From positions 94,687-158,686 of the forward strand of contig OZ255699.1 of assembly GCA_965276845.1 (NCBI GenBank): DNA of 64,000 bases. The letters are read 5' to 3'. Shown one piece after another: positions 29,041 to 37,336 of the stretch. The notes beneath the pieces are model-generated. The model saw only the letters and a list, made by a program, of their open reading frames with translations, was not told the DNA's origin and did no database searches. The position numbers and the translations under genes were made by a program. The DNA comes from Parvibaculaceae bacterium. Its GTDB lineage: Bacteria > Pseudomonadota > Alphaproteobacteria > Parvibaculales > Parvibaculaceae. The first letter of the stretch is position 1; each line of letters starts with the position of its first letter.

Positions 29041-29478
29041 ATGGGCATGTCTTCTATCACCGCCTTTCGCGGGGTTCTGGTGCTGGCTGGGGCCTTCATT
29101 GTGTTGACCGGTCTCAATAATGGCCTGGGTGGCATGCGCACACTAGGGTGGCTCGGGCCAAACGATTTCCTCACGATCGTGGACGCTCAGGCGTTTGCCG
29201 TGCAGGACAATCACGCGAAGTTCCTAGGCGGCCTTTGGTTGGGCATTGGCCTTGCGTTCTGGCTGGGTGCCTGGCGCCCTGAACGTTTTTCACAAGCACT
29301 GAGGCTTGTGTTTGCTCTTGTCTTTCTCGGTGGCGTACTGCGCCTGGCTTCATCCAATCCGGAGATTGCATTCAGCGCAGACATAATTGGGTCCCTCGCG
29401 GCCGAGCTCATCGGCATGCCCATTCTCTATCTCTGGCACCGCCAGTTAACTGGCGCGGAAAGGTCGGCCTCCGTCTGA
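29041..29478 (+). CDS. Small 4-TM membrane protein (DUF4345-like), unknown function
   Basis: 145 aa with four hydrophobic segments. Divergent from the TetR gene. Confidence 0.5.
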   Translation: MGMSSITAFRGVLVLAGAFIVLTGLNNGLGGMRTLGWLGPNDFLTIVDAQAFAVQDNHAKFLGGLWLGIGLAFWLGAWRPERFSQALRLVFALVFLGGVLRLASSNPEIAFSADIIGSLAAELIGMPILYLWHRQLTGAERSASV

Positions 29479-29484
29479 TGCAGT

Positions 29485-30627
29485 TCAGGGTGCAACGATC
29501 TCGGTTGCCACTCTGCCAAGCTTGTCCGCTTGCAGAACCACAAGATTCCCAGGTTTGAGGAACGTGTCGCTTACTTTTGCGTCGGCGATAATGGTTTCGA
29601 TGACCCAGTCGATGATCGACTTGTCCCACCCGCCAAACAGCCAGCTGAAGGCGGCGCGAATATAGACAGTGAAACCTATCTCGCCCTGAAAGATCGTGCC
29701 GCTGGGGGTGCCGCCGAGCACCGCCGTGCGGAGCGGGATGGCCCCATCTTCTAGCGGCAGCATGACCGGCGCACCGCGATAATCCCAGACCACGTCGCGC
29801 CGCTCATTGATCTGGACAAGCATTTCGTCGAAATCCCACACCGCTTGTTTCTGAAACGCCCGTTGACGCTCAATGCCATCAACAAAAAGGGTCAACTCAA
29901 TATCCGGCACGAAACTATTCCGGTCTCGGGGGATGACAAAGAGATCTCCGATGGGCATGAAGCCGGGCGCGCTCTTGCCTGTCGTGAAGCCTTTGCCAGA
30001 TGCGGGATCGAACGGATCAAGATGACGAAGAAGGGCCGCCCGGTCTGTAAAATCGTTACAGAGAAAGAGACCCACATGTTCCGGCGGGCTGTTCAGTTCA
30101 ATAACGTCAAAGCCGACAAAACAAAGCTCCACTTCATAGTCCAGCAGCCAGGCATCAGAATAGGCAAGCGTGCCTCGCCCTGTTGGCTGTACCGCTTTGG
30201 TGAACAGGAAGGGACCGTCCTCGACCGTCGCTTCCTCAGCGTGCTCCGGGAAGTTCGTCCCGGCGGCGATGTGCCGATCGGTCAACGCGACAGGCATAAG
30301 AAGCGATGACGCAGGCGTCTCAATGCTGGCACCCGCTGCGGCGATCAATGCGTCCAGTCCATTAAAGCCCAAGGCCTGAAACGCGGTGATGGGATCGTCT
30401 GGCGCACCGGTGAGCACCACTCCTGAAACTGTTTCACCCTCGTAAGCAGTCACAGCCAGCAGCTGAGCCGTGCCCTCAATCGAGACGCGCGCGAACGTAA
30501 GCGCCTCACTTGGATCGGCGATCGCAATTAATGCAGGCGGCCCGGCGGCTTCTTCGGCGGACACGATCGAACCGCCGAACAGAAGGGCCGCGATTGCGGG
30601 GAGGAGGGGTGAGCAAAATCTTCTCAT
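29485..30627 (-). CDS. Fumarylacetoacetate hydrolase (FAH) family protein with N-terminal signal peptide
   Basis: Start chosen at MRRFCSPLLPAIAALLFGGSIVSA/EE. FAH-fold blocks are present (GPFLFTK, LDYEVELC, CNDFTDR, TGKS). The 543-aa ORF-track version runs through the neighbouring gene out of frame. Confidence 0.7.
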   Translation of the reverse strand: MRRFCSPLLPAIAALLFGGSIVSAEEAAGPPALIAIADPSEALTFARVSIEGTAQLLAVTAYEGETVSGVVLTGAPDDPITAFQALGFNGLDALIAAAGASIETPASSLLMPVALTDRHIAAGTNFPEHAEEATVEDGPFLFTKAVQPTGRGTLAYSDAWLLDYEVELCFVGFDVIELNSPPEHVGLFLCNDFTDRAALLRHLDPFDPASGKGFTTGKSAPGFMPIGDLFVIPRDRNSFVPDIELTLFVDGIERQRAFQKQAVWDFDEMLVQINERRDVVWDYRGAPVMLPLEDGAIPLRTAVLGGTPSGTIFQGEIGFTVYIRAAFSWLFGGWDKSIIDWVIETIIADAKVSDTFLKPGNLVVLQADKLGRVATEIVAP

Positions 30628-30662
30628 CGTTCCAGATCTTTCGCTAAACGGCAGGGCCGCGG

Positions 30663-31100
30663 TCACGCTACAAACAGGTACACACCGAAGCTGAGGATAA
30701 TAAGCAGGATCGTACCGCCGCCAAGATTGGTGTCCACCAGATATGTCTTGCCGAAGAGCTTCCAGCGCCAGGGTTTGATGCCATTCACGTCTTTCAGCGA
30801 GCCTTCGAAGACGCTCATAGACGCAAGCGTCGCATAGAAGGCGATAAACCAGACATAGAGGAGACCGACCGCAAACCATGTGTGGGTCGTCTGGTCGGCG
30901 ACCGGTAGCCAGAGCAGCGTCAGGATGATGAGCGACACGCCTGCCTGGGTGAGAACTTGCCAGACAACATGGAAGCGGGCATGCGGCGTCCACAGTGGAT
31001 TGGTCGCATGGGTTTTGTTGAAGTCGGCCACCATCGGGCCAACGGCGATCGCGACTGCAATCAGCGAGAAAATGATACGGGCAACAAAGGTCAGGTCCAT
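30663..31100 (-). CDS. Integral membrane protein (4 TM), unknown function
   Basis: 145 aa hydrophobic ORF in its own frame, between the SDR and FAH genes on the same strand. Confidence 0.55.
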   Translation of the reverse strand: MDLTFVARIIFSLIAVAIAVGPMVADFNKTHATNPLWTPHARFHVVWQVLTQAGVSLIILTLLWLPVADQTTHTWFAVGLLYVWFIAFYATLASMSVFEGSLKDVNGIKPWRWKLFGKTYLVDTNLGGGTILLIILSFGVYLFVA

Positions 31101-31169
31101 AATGTGTTCCTCTCAAGCATTGTCGGGTGAAGGGAGTTCTGGTTCACCGTCGGGGAAAAAGTAAGACGT

Positions 31170-31949
31170 TTAGATGAGACCGGCGTAGGAACCGCCGTCG
31201 AGTTGAAGGTTTTGGCCGGAGATGAAGCCGGACTGCGCACTGCACAGAAACGCACAGGCGTCTCCGAACTCTGCCGGATCACCGAGCCGTTTTGCGGCAA
31301 TGGTTTCCGCCATCTCCGCGCGGGCTTCGTCGCGGGTGATGCCTTTGAACTGCATGGCAAGCTGCGCCATCTGTTCCTGCCGGTCGGTGTCGAACCGTTC
31401 CGGCAACATATTGTTGATCGTGACATTGAATGGAGCGACGTCTTTCGACAGGCCTTTGCAGACAGCTGTCAGCCCGGATCGCGCCGCAGTGGAAAGACCC
31501 AAGGCGCTATGCGGTGACTTCACCATCGCTGAAGTGATGTTGACGATCCGTCCAAAGCGGCGTTCTTTCATGCCGCCGATAAGTGCTTTGATCATGAATA
31601 CCGGTGCCAGCAGGTTGGCGTCCAACGCGGCCTGCCAGTCTTCCAGCTGCCATTGTTCGAAGGCTCCGGGCGGCGGACCCTCATTATTGTTGACCAGAAT
31701 ATCTGCATCCGGCGCCGCGGCGATCAGTTTGGCGCGGCCCTCATTGGTGTTGAGGTCGCCGGTGACGGCGGTAACACTTCCGGGACCGGCAGCTTCAATA
31801 TCTGATTTCGCCTCCGCCAACGCAGGTGCTGCCCGTCCATTGATCACCACGTTCGCGCCTTCACGGACGAGTGACAAAGCACAGGCTTTGCCGAGGCCCC
31901 GCGACGATGCACAGACGATGGCTGTTTTTCCTTCAAGCCCGAGGTCCAT
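31170..31949 (-). CDS. SDR family oxidoreductase
   Basis: Start at MDLGLEGKTAIVCASSRGLG (TGxxxGxG-type cofactor motif), plus NNNEG and ITS segments, 260 aa. Overlaps the upstream monooxygenase stop by 17 nt. Confidence 0.8.
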   Translation of the reverse strand: MDLGLEGKTAIVCASSRGLGKACALSLVREGANVVINGRAAPALAEAKSDIEAAGPGSVTAVTGDLNTNEGRAKLIAAAPDADILVNNNEGPPPGAFEQWQLEDWQAALDANLLAPVFMIKALIGGMKERRFGRIVNITSAMVKSPHSALGLSTAARSGLTAVCKGLSKDVAPFNVTINNMLPERFDTDRQEQMAQLAMQFKGITRDEARAEMAETIAAKRLGDPAEFGDACAFLCSAQSGFISGQNLQLDGGSYAGLI

Positions 31950-33630
31950 CGACGAGCTCCTTTTCTTTTTGTGACAGAAGCGATCCAAGGTCGCGCGAAA
32001 AATCATCAGCCGAACAAACGGACGCGAACCGTTTTGCGATGTGCCGATCCGGCCGGATAAGCAGCGCGCCGTTATTCGGAAGTTCGGAAAAAGCCGACCA
32101 GTCGGCTGCGGCCGCAAAATCCTTGCCGTAGGTAACCAAAGATAGGGGTATGGGTGAGGCTTCTACGGTTTCCGTCCAGTCGTCACCGCCTGGCCCCACC
32201 AACAGCGTGAAACGCTCCATAGGGATCAAAGACAATAGCGACGTCTCTTGCTTGTCTAACTCGACCCATGCATGTGGCAGAATGGCACCGGGCTGGGTTG
32301 ACGGCTCATAGCGGCTGATATCGATCGCTGCAGCATCCTCCGCGGGGGCCGCGTCGATCACCGCATCTGAGATATAGCGATATCCGAGCTGCAGGTTGAG
32401 GCTGTCGAAATGCGGCCGCTGAAGTTCGATGGCCGGCGCCAGTTCCGGAAAGGCGGTTGGGTCCTGACACAGGGCATCGAACCGATCGCGTATCTTGTCA
32501 GGATCTGCTCCGTAGAGGGCCTCGAACAGGCCGAACATCTTGCCGGCGTTTTCGAGGCTTTGCTCCGTATTGATCTGCGCCACGGGCCGGCGTTCTGCTT
32601 CATAGGTGTTCAGCAGGTCTTCGCCCGCCCAACCGTTCTCAACTGCGGCGATCTTCCAGGCAATGTTCTGCGCATCGCCGATGCCGGTGTTGAGACCAAG
32701 GCCGCCAGTGGGCGGGAACCGATGGGCCGCGTCCCCTGCAAGGAAAATACGTCCGCTGCGGTAGCTTTCGGCGACCTGTGCGCACATGGTCCAAGGCCCG
32801 ACATTCTTGATCTTGATATCCGGTACCTGCGTGCCGACGGCCTGCTCGATCAGTGCAATGCAGGTGGCGTCGTCGAACGTTTCGGGCGATGTCGTTGCCG
32901 GATCAAACCCATGCATCAGCACCCAGCTATTGGCGAGGTCATAGGCGATGAGCGCCCCTTGCGCTTCCGGCTCGAAAAGGAAATAGAGAATGCCCGGCTT
33001 ATCCGCTGCGAAGGGACGAAGGTCCGCTTCGAAGTGGATCATCATATTGTGCTGAAGACCTTCCGGGCCTTCCAAGGAGATATCCAGTGCCGCTCGGGTC
33101 GGCGAGTTCGCGCCATCAGCAGCAATCACATACCGACAGGATACGCTCTCCGGTTCGCCGTCTGGTGCGTTGAGGGACACGACCACACCATCGGCAGATT
33201 GAGTAAGGTCTTTGCATTCCGTGCCCCGCAAGAGCTGGATTTCCGGCCGCGTGAGCAATTCTGCTTCGAGGATTTCTTCGAAATCGGGTTGCGCAATGTT
33301 GGAGAGCGGATAGGGGGTCAGCTCCTTCACGTCGTCCTGCTGCCGTTCATAGGGCAGGTGACCGAATTCAGTACCCGTAAGCGTGGAGACGAAGCGGACC
33401 CACCCGGCTTCATCGGGCGGTGCCCCGGTCCCACGAATTTTCTCCGCTGAGACGCCTGCCGCTTCGCAAATTTCAAGCGTGCGGGAGTTTACCGCGTGGG
33501 CCTTAGGGGCCGTCAGGCGGGAGGTGCGTTTTTCAACGAGGATCGATTGCACGCCCTGTCGTGCCAGCAGCAGTGCGGCCATTTGTCCAACGGGCCCGGC
33601 ACCAACAATAAGAACTTGCGTTTCCAGCAT
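31933..33630 (-). CDS. FAD-dependent aromatic-ring monooxygenase (PheA/TfdB-type, with C-terminal thioredoxin-like domain)
   Basis: 565 aa with the N-terminal GAGPVGQ dinucleotide motif, DG and GD fingerprints (IAADGANSPTR; FLAGDAAHRFPPTGGLGLNTGIGDAQN), and a ~170 aa C-terminal extension. Confidence 0.8.
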   Translation of the reverse strand: MLETQVLIVGAGPVGQMAALLLARQGVQSILVEKRTSRLTAPKAHAVNSRTLEICEAAGVSAEKIRGTGAPPDEAGWVRFVSTLTGTEFGHLPYERQQDDVKELTPYPLSNIAQPDFEEILEAELLTRPEIQLLRGTECKDLTQSADGVVVSLNAPDGEPESVSCRYVIAADGANSPTRAALDISLEGPEGLQHNMMIHFEADLRPFAADKPGILYFLFEPEAQGALIAYDLANSWVLMHGFDPATTSPETFDDATCIALIEQAVGTQVPDIKIKNVGPWTMCAQVAESYRSGRIFLAGDAAHRFPPTGGLGLNTGIGDAQNIAWKIAAVENGWAGEDLLNTYEAERRPVAQINTEQSLENAGKMFGLFEALYGADPDKIRDRFDALCQDPTAFPELAPAIELQRPHFDSLNLQLGYRYISDAVIDAAPAEDAAAIDISRYEPSTQPGAILPHAWVELDKQETSLLSLIPMERFTLLVGPGGDDWTETVEASPIPLSLVTYGKDFAAAADWSAFSELPNNGALLIRPDRHIAKRFASVCSADDFSRDLGSLLSQKEKELVDGPRA

Positions 33631-33641
33631 GATGTCTCCAT

Positions 33642-33690
33642 AAATGAGAGTAATCTCAGAAATGAGAGATATGTCAAAAATGGAAATGAG
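33642..33690. promoter_or_regulatory. Three direct copies of AAATGAG(A/T) in the monooxygenase / TetR divergent promoter region
   Basis: AAATGAGAG occurs at 33642-33650 and 33660-33668, and AAATGAGT at 33684-33691. The intergenic region is AT-rich. Confidence 0.3.
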
Positions 33691-33750
33691 TCAAATCGGG
33701 GGCATTTCTGCGGTTTAATCAGACCCAGAGAAGCAAAAAGGAGGCATTCA

Positions 33751-34380
33751 GTGTCATCGCAGACTGTCATTCGAGATCAGCGCAAAAAACTGCCCAAGCG
33801 GGATCGCACGCGGTTGGCGCTCATCGACAGCACTCTGGATGTCATTGCACAGAAGGGGATGGATCTCGCAAAGATCAGCGACATCACGGATCACGCCGGC
33901 CTCGCGAACGGGACCTTCTACAACCATTTTTCCGACAAGGATGAGATCATCAAAGAAGCGGCGCAGCGCGTCGCGGTTGAGATGGCCCGACAGATCGATA
34001 CGGATATGCAGACGGTCGAGGACGCGGTACCGCGGATGGTCATTGCGACCACCCGCGCTATCGGGTTCGCGGTCAGTGATGCAACCTGGGGAGCCGTCCT
34101 GATTGGCGCCCTGCAGCACCTGCCATCGGTACGGGCTGACATCCTGCAATTTCTGAAAGCGGACCTGCAGCGCGGCGTTGATCAGGGTGCTTTTGATATT
34201 GAATTGGACGAGTTCTTTCTGGATCAGATTGCGAGCCTCATTTCTGTGAGTATTCGCGCACAGATCGAAAGCGGAGTGGACCGAACAAAAACCGCAAGAA
34301 GCTGTGAAAACATTCTACGGCTATGCGGTTTTACCCGCGCGCAAGCACAGCAAGCAGTGAAAGCCCATACGCCTCGCTGA
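33751..34380 (+). CDS. TetR family transcriptional regulator
   Basis: GTG 33751 is preceded by AAGGAGG 7 nt upstream. HTH region RLALIDSTLDVIAQKGMDLAKISDITDHAGLANGTFYNHF. The ORF-track start 33496 is an over-extension. Confidence 0.85.
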   Translation: MSSQTVIRDQRKKLPKRDRTRLALIDSTLDVIAQKGMDLAKISDITDHAGLANGTFYNHFSDKDEIIKEAAQRVAVEMARQIDTDMQTVEDAVPRMVIATTRAIGFAVSDATWGAVLIGALQHLPSVRADILQFLKADLQRGVDQGAFDIELDEFFLDQIASLISVSIRAQIESGVDRTKTARSCENILRLCGFTRAQAQQAVKAHTPR

Positions 34381-34449
34381 AAGGCGCACCGACTGTTTGT
34401 TTCTCTCACTTAGTCTGCCTACCATGGCAACAAACAGGCGAGGGATCGG

Positions 34450-35391
34450 ATGACACACATGTTAAGCCGGCTATGGGCAAAAGCGACGAACACCTTTGTG
34501 ACCGCGCTGTTTCTGTCAGTCTCCTTGGGTGCCGCAGACCTGAGTGCTGAAGAGCTAAAGTATGTGGAGGCAAACGGCATCACCTTTGCCTATCTCGAAG
34601 AGGGTGAGGGGCCGCTGGTCCTCCTGTTTCATGGATATCCGGAAACTGCACGGAGCTGGGCAGACGTACAATCCCGGATCGCTGCGGCTGGGTATCGCGT
34701 AGTGGCGCCCTTCACGCGCGGCTACCCGCCGACAACGGCGAGCGACACCGGCGACTACAGTGTGCGTGCGCTGGGGCAGGACGCGTTAGCGCTGATCGGG
34801 GCGCTTGGCGAGGATCAGGCAATTCTCATCGGTCATGATTGGGGCGCGTCGACCGTTTATGAGGCGGCAACTGCCGATCCCTCCAAAGTAACAAAGCTTG
34901 TGGCTCTCTCCGTGCCGCACGCCCGGGCGGTCGCCGACGACCCGTCGATCTTTCTCGAAGCACCACATTTCCTTTATTACCAATTGCCCTTCATTCGAAC
35001 ATGGGTCGCGATGAATGACTTCTCTCATATTGAGGGGATCTATCAGGCCTGGGCGCCGACATATGAGGTGCCCGAGTCGGAACTGGCGGACATCAAGCAG
35101 GCGATGGGCGAGCCAGACGCTTTGGATGGGATCCTCGGCTATTATTGGGCTCTTTTCGACGCAGATTTGAATGAAGGACGCGCGTCGTCTCCAGAATCAG
35201 AGGTAACCGTGCCCACCCTGGTGATCGCGGGTGATACAGACGGCGCTGTATCGATTGATCGCTACGCCCTCGCAGAATCGGCATTTACAGGCGGTTACAA
35301 ATTCGAAGCCCTAAAAGACATCGGCCACTTTCCCCAGTTGGAAGCACCGGAAAAAGTGGCCGATCTCATTATCGGTTTTCTGAACGATTAG
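34450..35391 (+). CDS. Alpha/beta hydrolase (epoxide-hydrolase/haloalkane-dehalogenase-like), secreted
   Basis: Signal peptide, an HGYPE oxyanion-type motif (LLFHGYPETARSW), the nucleophile elbow GHDWGA and a C-terminal GHFPQLE His motif. Confidence 0.8.
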   Translation: MTHMLSRLWAKATNTFVTALFLSVSLGAADLSAEELKYVEANGITFAYLEEGEGPLVLLFHGYPETARSWADVQSRIAAAGYRVVAPFTRGYPPTTASDTGDYSVRALGQDALALIGALGEDQAILIGHDWGASTVYEAATADPSKVTKLVALSVPHARAVADDPSIFLEAPHFLYYQLPFIRTWVAMNDFSHIEGIYQAWAPTYEVPESELADIKQAMGEPDALDGILGYYWALFDADLNEGRASSPESEVTVPTLVIAGDTDGAVSIDRYALAESAFTGGYKFEALKDIGHFPQLEAPEKVADLIIGFLND

Positions 35392-37103
35392 CTGGCGAGC
35401 TTCACGTCCATCGTGTTCCGCAACTCCTTCTTGAGGAATTTCCCGCTGGCGTTGCGCGGCAGGTTTTCAGCCTGCGTCCAGATGTACCGCGGGATTTTGT
35501 AGGCAGCGAGCTTCTCTTTACAGAAAGCGCGCAACTCTTCTGCGGAGACAGACTTGCCCTTCGCCGGAACGATCACGGCACCGACTTCCTCGCCGAGGCG
35601 GTCATCCGGCACCCCAAAGACAACACATTCAGCAACCGCATCATGCTCGAAGATTGCACTCTCAACTTCGGAGCAGAACACGTTTTCACCACCGCGCAGC
35701 ACCATGTCTTTGGCCCGGTCGACAATAAAGATGAACCCATCCTCGTCGATCTTCACGATGTCGCCAGTCCGCAGCCAGCCGTCCTGAATGGCTTCGGCGG
35801 TGGCTTCTTCCCTGTTGAGATAGCCTTTGATAACGGGAGCGCCGCGAACGCATAACTCACCAGCTTCGCCTGGTTTCACTTCGTCGCCATTGGCGTCAAT
35901 GCACTTGGTTTCGAATACCGGCATGGCGCGGCCAGCGCTTGCAGGCTTGTCGACGAAATAGTCAGCGCCGACGGATGTAATGATGCCGCAGGTTTCGGTC
36001 ATGCCATAGCCGGTTGAAGGCCGTGCATTTTCCATGGTGCTGTCCAGTTTGCCGACGAGATCAGGCTGGAGCTGTGCGCCACCACCACCGATAGAGACCA
36101 TGGTGGACGTGTCCGTTGTCGCGAAGTCCGGATGCGCAATCACTTCCCGAGACATCACCGGCACGCCACTCAGGTGGGTGATTTTCTCCGCTTCGATCAG
36201 GCGCAGCGCTTCGCCGGCATCCCACCGATACATGTGGACCAGCTTGCCGCCGCTGACTGTTGCTGCGTGGGCCACACAATTGTTGGCCGTCACATGGAAG
36301 AGCGGTGTCGCCACCAATGCTGTCATGGCCGCGGGCTCTGTTGCCTGGAGTTCCTTGACGGCGTCTTCGCCTTCCACTTTTGCCAGCGCAAGTGCCTGGC
36401 ATTGTGCAGAAAAAGCAATATTCATGATGTTGTTGACGCAGCCACGATGGGTGAGCTGTGCACCTTTCGGGCGACCAGTGGTGCCGGACGTATAGAAAAT
36501 GCAGGCGTCATCATCGGGCGCGATGGTAGCGTCGGGCATGTTGGGTGCGGTTGCTTTCACTTCCGACCAAGGGGTTACGCCTTCGGTTCCCTGCAGCTGC
36601 TCAGGCAATCGGACCCCGGCGATTTTCATGTCCGGGAAGGAATCGCGTACCTCGAGGAACCGCTCCAGACGTTCACCGTCTGCGATGAGGACCTTGGCGC
36701 CGGAATCCTCGAGGCCGTATTTCATTTCGTCCGCGACCCACCAGGCATTCATGCCGACGGCCACCGCACCGATTGAAATGATTGCCCAATAGGCGAGCAT
36801 CCATTCTGGATAGTTCCGCATGGCAATGGCGACCCTGTCGTGTTGACCAACACCCTGTGCGGTCAGCCATGCAGCAATCGAAGCCACTTCATTGTGGGCT
36901 TCGGTGAACGTCCAGCGCTCATCCTGATAGACCAGGTGATCCTTGTCGCCATGGGCGGCTGTGAGCAGCCAGATATCCCGCAGGCTGGCTGGCGCATGTT
37001 TGAATGTTTTGATGGTCCGGCCGAGCGCCTCAACGGTGTCGACTTCGAACATTTGTCCCGGCTGCGTCAATTCTGACCACGCAGCATCCAATTCTTTGTA
37101 CAT
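35388..37103 (-). CDS. AMP-dependent synthetase/ligase (acyl-CoA ligase, class I adenylate-forming)
   Basis: Start at MYKELDAAW with GGAGG upstream. AMP-binding motif YTSGTTGRPKG and the GYGMTE and TGD blocks are present. The ORF-track N-terminal 30 aa are not needed. Confidence 0.85.
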   Translation of the reverse strand: MYKELDAAWSELTQPGQMFEVDTVEALGRTIKTFKHAPASLRDIWLLTAAHGDKDHLVYQDERWTFTEAHNEVASIAAWLTAQGVGQHDRVAIAMRNYPEWMLAYWAIISIGAVAVGMNAWWVADEMKYGLEDSGAKVLIADGERLERFLEVRDSFPDMKIAGVRLPEQLQGTEGVTPWSEVKATAPNMPDATIAPDDDACIFYTSGTTGRPKGAQLTHRGCVNNIMNIAFSAQCQALALAKVEGEDAVKELQATEPAAMTALVATPLFHVTANNCVAHAATVSGGKLVHMYRWDAGEALRLIEAEKITHLSGVPVMSREVIAHPDFATTDTSTMVSIGGGGAQLQPDLVGKLDSTMENARPSTGYGMTETCGIITSVGADYFVDKPASAGRAMPVFETKCIDANGDEVKPGEAGELCVRGAPVIKGYLNREEATAEAIQDGWLRTGDIVKIDEDGFIFIVDRAKDMVLRGGENVFCSEVESAIFEHDAVAECVVFGVPDDRLGEEVGAVIVPAKGKSVSAEELRAFCKEKLAAYKIPRYIWTQAENLPRNASGKFLKKELRNTMDVKLAS

Positions 37104-37336
37104 CGTCTGGAAACCTCCCCAGGTTTTCGTTTTCCCATCGATACCCGGAATTGCGAGCAAAAACAATGAGATCAGACGAAAAGTGAGGGGCACACTGCAA
37201 AATGTGAAAGGGCTTACCGCCCCTCCCGGAAATTAGACCGATTCTGTTGCATTTTAGGGCTAGGCAGACCTGTGCTGCAGCTAGTCGACCATTTGTGGCG
37301 AGGAGGTACTGACAAGGCCGAGAGCGGTGCTAAAGG

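Noticed and set aside
29485-31116. 543-aa ORF in the track that would be a single large protein
   Set aside because: Its N-terminal ~160 aa are low-complexity (Pro/Arg/Cys-rich). They overlap, out of frame, a clean 145-aa 4-TM ORF (30663..31100). A good signal-peptide start (MRRFCSPLL) occurs at 30627. I treat it as the FAH gene plus read-through caused by the lack of stops in GC-rich sequence.
32410-33450. 346-aa antisense ORF inside the FAD monooxygenase gene, and many other 60-270 aa antisense or alternate-frame ORFs (e.g. 643-1368, 2940-3626, 3849-4541, 7017-7622, 8495-9028, 14154-14753, 17467-18009, 26325-26885, 27078-27764, 31222-31974, 36132-36776, 38804-39406, 43062-43694, 47261-47857, 48026-48643, 50149-50949, 55342-56082, 56484-57305, 59508-60191)
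   Set aside because: Each lies fully within a gene with strong family signatures on the other strand or frame, and their translations are Arg/Pro/Gly/His-rich. This is the usual stop-codon-poor artefact of ~58% GC DNA. I saw no motif suggesting real overlapping genes.
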